NCBI GenBank assembly: GCA_013151745.1
Contig: JAADHS010000078.1
Coordinates: 255-64,254 of the forward strand
Direction: 5' to 3'
DNA length: 64,000 nt
Origin: Gammaproteobacteria bacterium
Lineage (GTDB): Bacteria > Pseudomonadota > Gammaproteobacteria > JAADHS01
A program made the position numbers and the translations under genes. Shown one piece after another: positions 60,932-64,000 of the stretch; the stretch's first letter is position 1, and each line of letters begins with the position of its first letter. The notes beneath the pieces were generated by a model that saw only the letters and a list, made by a program, of their open reading frames with translations, made no database searches and had not been told where the DNA came from.

Positions 60932-61458
60932 AGTACGCTCTCCTTCGTCTTGATAAAATTAAGGTTGCAGAATGTTGTTATGTACAAATTGTTTACGTCA
61001 CATATTGGCATTAAATCGTACTCTGTTATTTCAACTTATTAGCGAATGTACAAAGAAGAAAAATAATAAAATAAGGGGGAGGGAGACAGTCGTTTCTTTG
61101 ATTTAGAGCGGCTGTATTTTGAGATAACCGGCGCCGCACTGAGTGTGGTAGCCGGATTTTTTTTATGTGGTATAAGTAATGATGCATAATTATTTTAATA
61201 ATTTTCTAGTCTTTTTTAAGTGGCTCAGCGTTGCGGCTCCAGTCGCATAGTTTACTATGCTCTTTTTGCTGCGCCTTGATTCACATAAAAAATCCTGCGG
61301 TAGTTTGTTAAAATAATTATGCATCACTACTTATTGCAAGGGTGAGCGGATTCTAGGATGATGGTTTCTGGCCTTGATTCAAACTACGTTTATTGTGATC
61401 TTTTTGGTGGTGTTCATCACCCTCTGTTTTTTTCATATTAATAAAGTTAAAAAATAGT

Positions 61459-63471
61459 TTGGACGCTATTATTTCGATAAAACAACTCAAAACCTGCCTT
61501 GATAGCAGTCAGGGTTTTGTTCGCGTTGTCGACGGTATTAGTTTTGATATTCAACGAGGTGAGACGCTGGCATTATTGGGTGAGTCAGGCTGTGGCAAAT
61601 CAATGACTGCATTATCGATCATGCAATTGTTACCTCCCCAGGCAAAAGGTAATGTGAGCGGCGTGATTAATTTTGCGGCTCAAAATTTGTTGCAACTCAG
61701 TCAGACAGAGATGCGGTTGCTGCGGGGAAGTCGTATCGCCATGATTTTTCAGGAGCCGATGACCTCTCTCAATCCGGTTTTGACGGTGGGTAAGCAAATT
61801 GAAGAAGTGCTGAACCAGCATAAAGGAATGAAGGGGCAGCGGGCTAAAAAACGAACCTTGGAGCTATTGAATGCGGTCGGTATTCCCGAATGCAAACAGA
61901 GATATAGTGAGTATCCACATCAACTATCCGGCGGGATGAAGCAGCGTATCATGATCGCTATGGCTTTGGCAGGAGACCCTGATTTATTAATTGCCGATGA
62001 GCCGACGACCGCTTTGGATGTGACGATTCAGGCTCAGATTTTGGATTTATTGAAAAAGTTACAGCAAGAAAACAATATGGCTCTGTTGTTGATTACGCAT
62101 GACTTGGGCGTCGTTGCGAATATGGCCGATAAAGTCGCCGTGATGTATGCCGGTGTGATTGTAGAGCTTGCTCGAAAAGATTTATTTTTTAAACATCCGC
62201 GACACCCTTATTCACAAAAATTATTTGCCTCTTTGCCTGATGTGAACAAACGCAATCATAAGCTGGCGGTCATTGCTGGGCAGGTGCCGTCTTTATTGCA
62301 AGAGTTTGAAGGTTGTCGATTTGCTGAAAGATGTGATTGGGTTGAGTCTGCATGTAAAAAAGTGGTGCCGGATTTGCTGGAGATTCAGGAAAATCATCAG
62401 GTACGTTGTCACTTGATGGATATAACCAGCCGGAGCGATACAGGGGCAAAATCAGGTGCGTACACAAAAATTCAGAGCGATTGTGATGCTCATAAAGAAG
62501 AGTGTAGGCTGCTTCAGGTGAACAATATAAAAATTTATTTCGCGGTTAAAAAAGGTTTGTTTCAAACGAAAAAAAACGTTGTTCGGGCGGTCGATGGTGT
62601 CTCATTTGAGTTAATAAAAGGTCGTACTTTAGCCTTGGTGGGTGAGTCAGGTTGTGGTAAGACTACAGTGGGCAAAGGGGTGCTGCAATTGGTTCGTCCG
62701 GCTTCGGGAACCGTTTATTATGATGGGCGGGATTTATGTCGCTTGAATAAGGCCGCAATGCGCAGCACCCGCAGTGATTTACAAATGATTTTCCAAGATC
62801 CCTATTCCTCTATGAATCCACGCATGAGGGTGGGTGATATTGTAGAAGAAGGCATGATCGCACAAAATAAAGCAGGGACTCCAGCGCAAAGGCAGGAAAG
62901 AGTCGCGCAGTTATTAGTCCAGGTTGGCCTGCCTGCTGAGGTTGGGCGTCGTTATCCCCACGAGTTTTCAGGCGGGCAACGGCAACGAATTTGCATTGCC
63001 CGTGCTTTGGCAGTAGAACCTAAAATTATTGTTTGCGATGAACCTACCAGTGCTTTAGATGTGTCAGTACAAGCTCAGATTTTGAACTTATTGAAACAAC
63101 TTCAAAACGAGCTGGGTGTGGCCTATCTTTTTATTACACACAATATGTCGGTTGTCGAATACCTGGCGCACGATATTGCCGTGATGTATTTAGGGCGAAT
63201 TGTCGAGCAGGGTACGGTTGCAGAGGTTATGAAGGCCGCCAAACATCCGTACACGCGTAGCTTGTTATCAGCCGTCCCTGTGATTGATGCCGATAGGAAG
63301 AAGCGCGCTGTGATCAAGCTTGAAGGTGATATACCGTCACCTGTTAACCCGCCTGCGGGTTGTCATTTTCATCCGCGTTGCAGGGAAGCGAAAGCAGTGT
63401 GTAAAAAAGATTATCCAGAGGGTTCTCAATTATCAGAAACACATCGGGTGCATTGTCATCTGTACCTGTAG
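61459..63471 (+). CDS. Fused double ABC-transporter ATPase of the oligopeptide/dipeptide (OppD/F, YejF-like) type; each half carries a C-terminal 4-Cys motif
   Basis: Two Walker A motifs (GESGCGKS), two LSGG signatures (LSGGMKQR; FSGGQRQR), two Walker B motifs ([12 protein letters not shown]; [12 protein letters not shown]) and two OppD-type C-terminal Cys clusters. No permease or binding-protein gene is adjacent in the window. Confidence 0.85.
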   Translation: MDAIISIKQLKTCLDSSQGFVRVVDGISFDIQRGETLALLGESGCGKSMTALSIMQLLPPQAKGNVSGVINFAAQNLLQLSQTEMRLLRGSRIAMIFQEPMTSLNPVLTVGKQIEEVLNQHKGMKGQRAKKRTLELLNAVGIPECKQRYSEYPHQLSGGMKQRIMIAMALAGDPDLLIADEPTTALDVTIQAQILDLLKKLQQENNMALLLITHDLGVVANMADKVAVMYAGVIVELARKDLFFKHPRHPYSQKLFASLPDVNKRNHKLAVIAGQVPSLLQEFEGCRFAERCDWVESACKKVVPDLLEIQENHQVRCHLMDITSRSDTGAKSGAYTKIQSDCDAHKEECRLLQVNNIKIYFAVKKGLFQTKKNVVRAVDGVSFELIKGRTLALVGESGCGKTTVGKGVLQLVRPASGTVYYDGRDLCRLNKAAMRSTRSDLQMIFQDPYSSMNPRMRVGDIVEEGMIAQNKAGTPAQRQERVAQLLVQVGLPAEVGRRYPHEFSGGQRQRICIARALAVEPKIIVCDEPTSALDVSVQAQILNLLKQLQNELGVAYLFITHNMSVVEYLAHDIAVMYLGRIVEQGTVAEVMKAAKHPYTRSLLSAVPVIDADRKKRAVIKLEGDIPSPVNPPAGCHFHPRCREAKAVCKKDYPEGSQLSETHRVHCHLYL

Positions 63472-63570
63472 AGATATATTTCAGGCTAAGCCCTGTTGTT
63501 GCGAACTTACTTAGCAGGTTGATTCGAGATTTTTGCGTGAGTTGCAGAGGGAAGTCAAAAACGAGACATA

Positions 63571-63600
63571 AAAAAGCCGGGCATTGCCCGGCTTTTTTAC
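63571..63600. terminator. Bidirectional rho-independent terminator
   Basis: AAAAAA-GCCGGGCA-TT-GCCCGGC-TTTTTT, a perfect 8-bp GC-rich stem flanked by A- and T-runs, between the convergent ABC ATPase and the minus-strand beta-barrel gene. Confidence 0.65.
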
Positions 63601-63621
63601 TGATCAGTGATGAATCGTAGT

Positions 63622-64000
63622 TTACAGGGTGACGATAAACTCAGCAGTGATTATGTCGTTGTCTCCTGCCATACCTGTGATGATGTCCGAAGCTGTTCCG
63701 CCTTTTTCGTTGTTGCTCCATTCAAGTGCAACTAACAAATTACTGTTAGCTTGCCAAGAAGCATATAAAGTCGTTTTTGTGAGATCCTCATTCGCGGCGA
63801 CTTCATATGCTAAAACGCTGTATCGTGCTTTGACAGCAAAATCGCCGAAAGCATATCCGCCCCATGCATCGTATGTACTATCGACGATTGCTCCAGCAGA
63901 CAGATAATCTATGCCAGCAGTGAAACCACTGATGGTATATTGAGCATTGAAATCAATCACATCTTCAGCAGAAAGTGGGTTGTCCGTATTATCTGCCTGG
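63622..64000 (-). CDS. C-terminal part of a probable outer-membrane beta-barrel/porin-like protein (N-terminus beyond window end)
   Basis: The frame stays open to the window edge. It has an alternating hydrophobic/polar beta-strand pattern (YTISGFTAGIDYL, LLVALEWSN, ITAEFIVTL) and is rich in Gly/Ala/Tyr/Asp like porins. Weak assignment. Confidence 0.35.
   Translation of the reverse strand, partial: QADNTDNPLSAEDVIDFNAQYTISGFTAGIDYLSAGAIVDSTYDAWGGYAFGDFAVKARYSVLAYEVAANEDLTKTTLYASWQANSNLLVALEWSNNEKGGTASDIITGMAGDNDIITAEFIVTL

Overview
This is a 64-kb chromosomal segment of a moderate-GC (about 45%) gammaproteobacterium. Gene content and order are consistent with a Methylococcales-like methanotroph or a related sulfur or nitrogen oxidiser; that placement is inferred from the sps-spp-fructokinase-amylosucrase cluster, not proven. 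Most of the window is conserved housekeeping. The recognisable operons are queA-tgt-yajC-secD-secF, glyA / nrdR-ribD-ribE-ribBA-ribH-nusB-thiL, glgC-malQ, mutY-yggX, thiS-thiG-trmB and hom-thrC, together with tRNA-Leu(CAA) and tRNA-Phe(GAA). The accessory content is more interesting. It includes a sucrose synthesis and turnover cluster (sucrose-phosphate synthase, sucrose-phosphatase, fructokinase, amylosucrase), a periplasmic msrB-msrA pair translationally coupled (ATGA overlap) to a cNMP-binding EAL phosphodiesterase, and a 1119-aa HEXXH-metallopeptidase–M28–PDZ fusion. There is also an orphan LuxR-type response regulator with Glu in place of the phospho-acceptor Asp, a receiver domain fused to an anti-sigma-like GHKL ATPase, a transmembrane Sel1/HEAT-repeat protein next to tRNA-Leu, a cluster of envelope lipoproteins (TPR lipoprotein, YcfL-like, LpoB-like), a monoheme cytochrome c divergent from a Cys-cluster membrane protein, a cold-shock RNA-chaperone trio (DEAD-box helicase, CspA, RRM protein), and a tandem pair of formylglycine-generating-enzyme (FGE)-domain proteins, one fused to a diheme cytochrome c. 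Several non-coding repeat families are visible directly: four copies plus a fragment of a roughly 170-bp MITE-like element with about 30-bp terminal inverted repeats, a second roughly 110-bp repeat carrying a GCGCGA-AAA-TCGCGC hairpin that flanks the thiSG-trmB segment, a 26-bp-stem perfect hairpin, and two other long inverted repeats. No CRISPR array, integrase, phage or classical defence genes were seen. All protein-level assignments come from recognising conserved motifs in the supplied translations and should be confirmed by database search.
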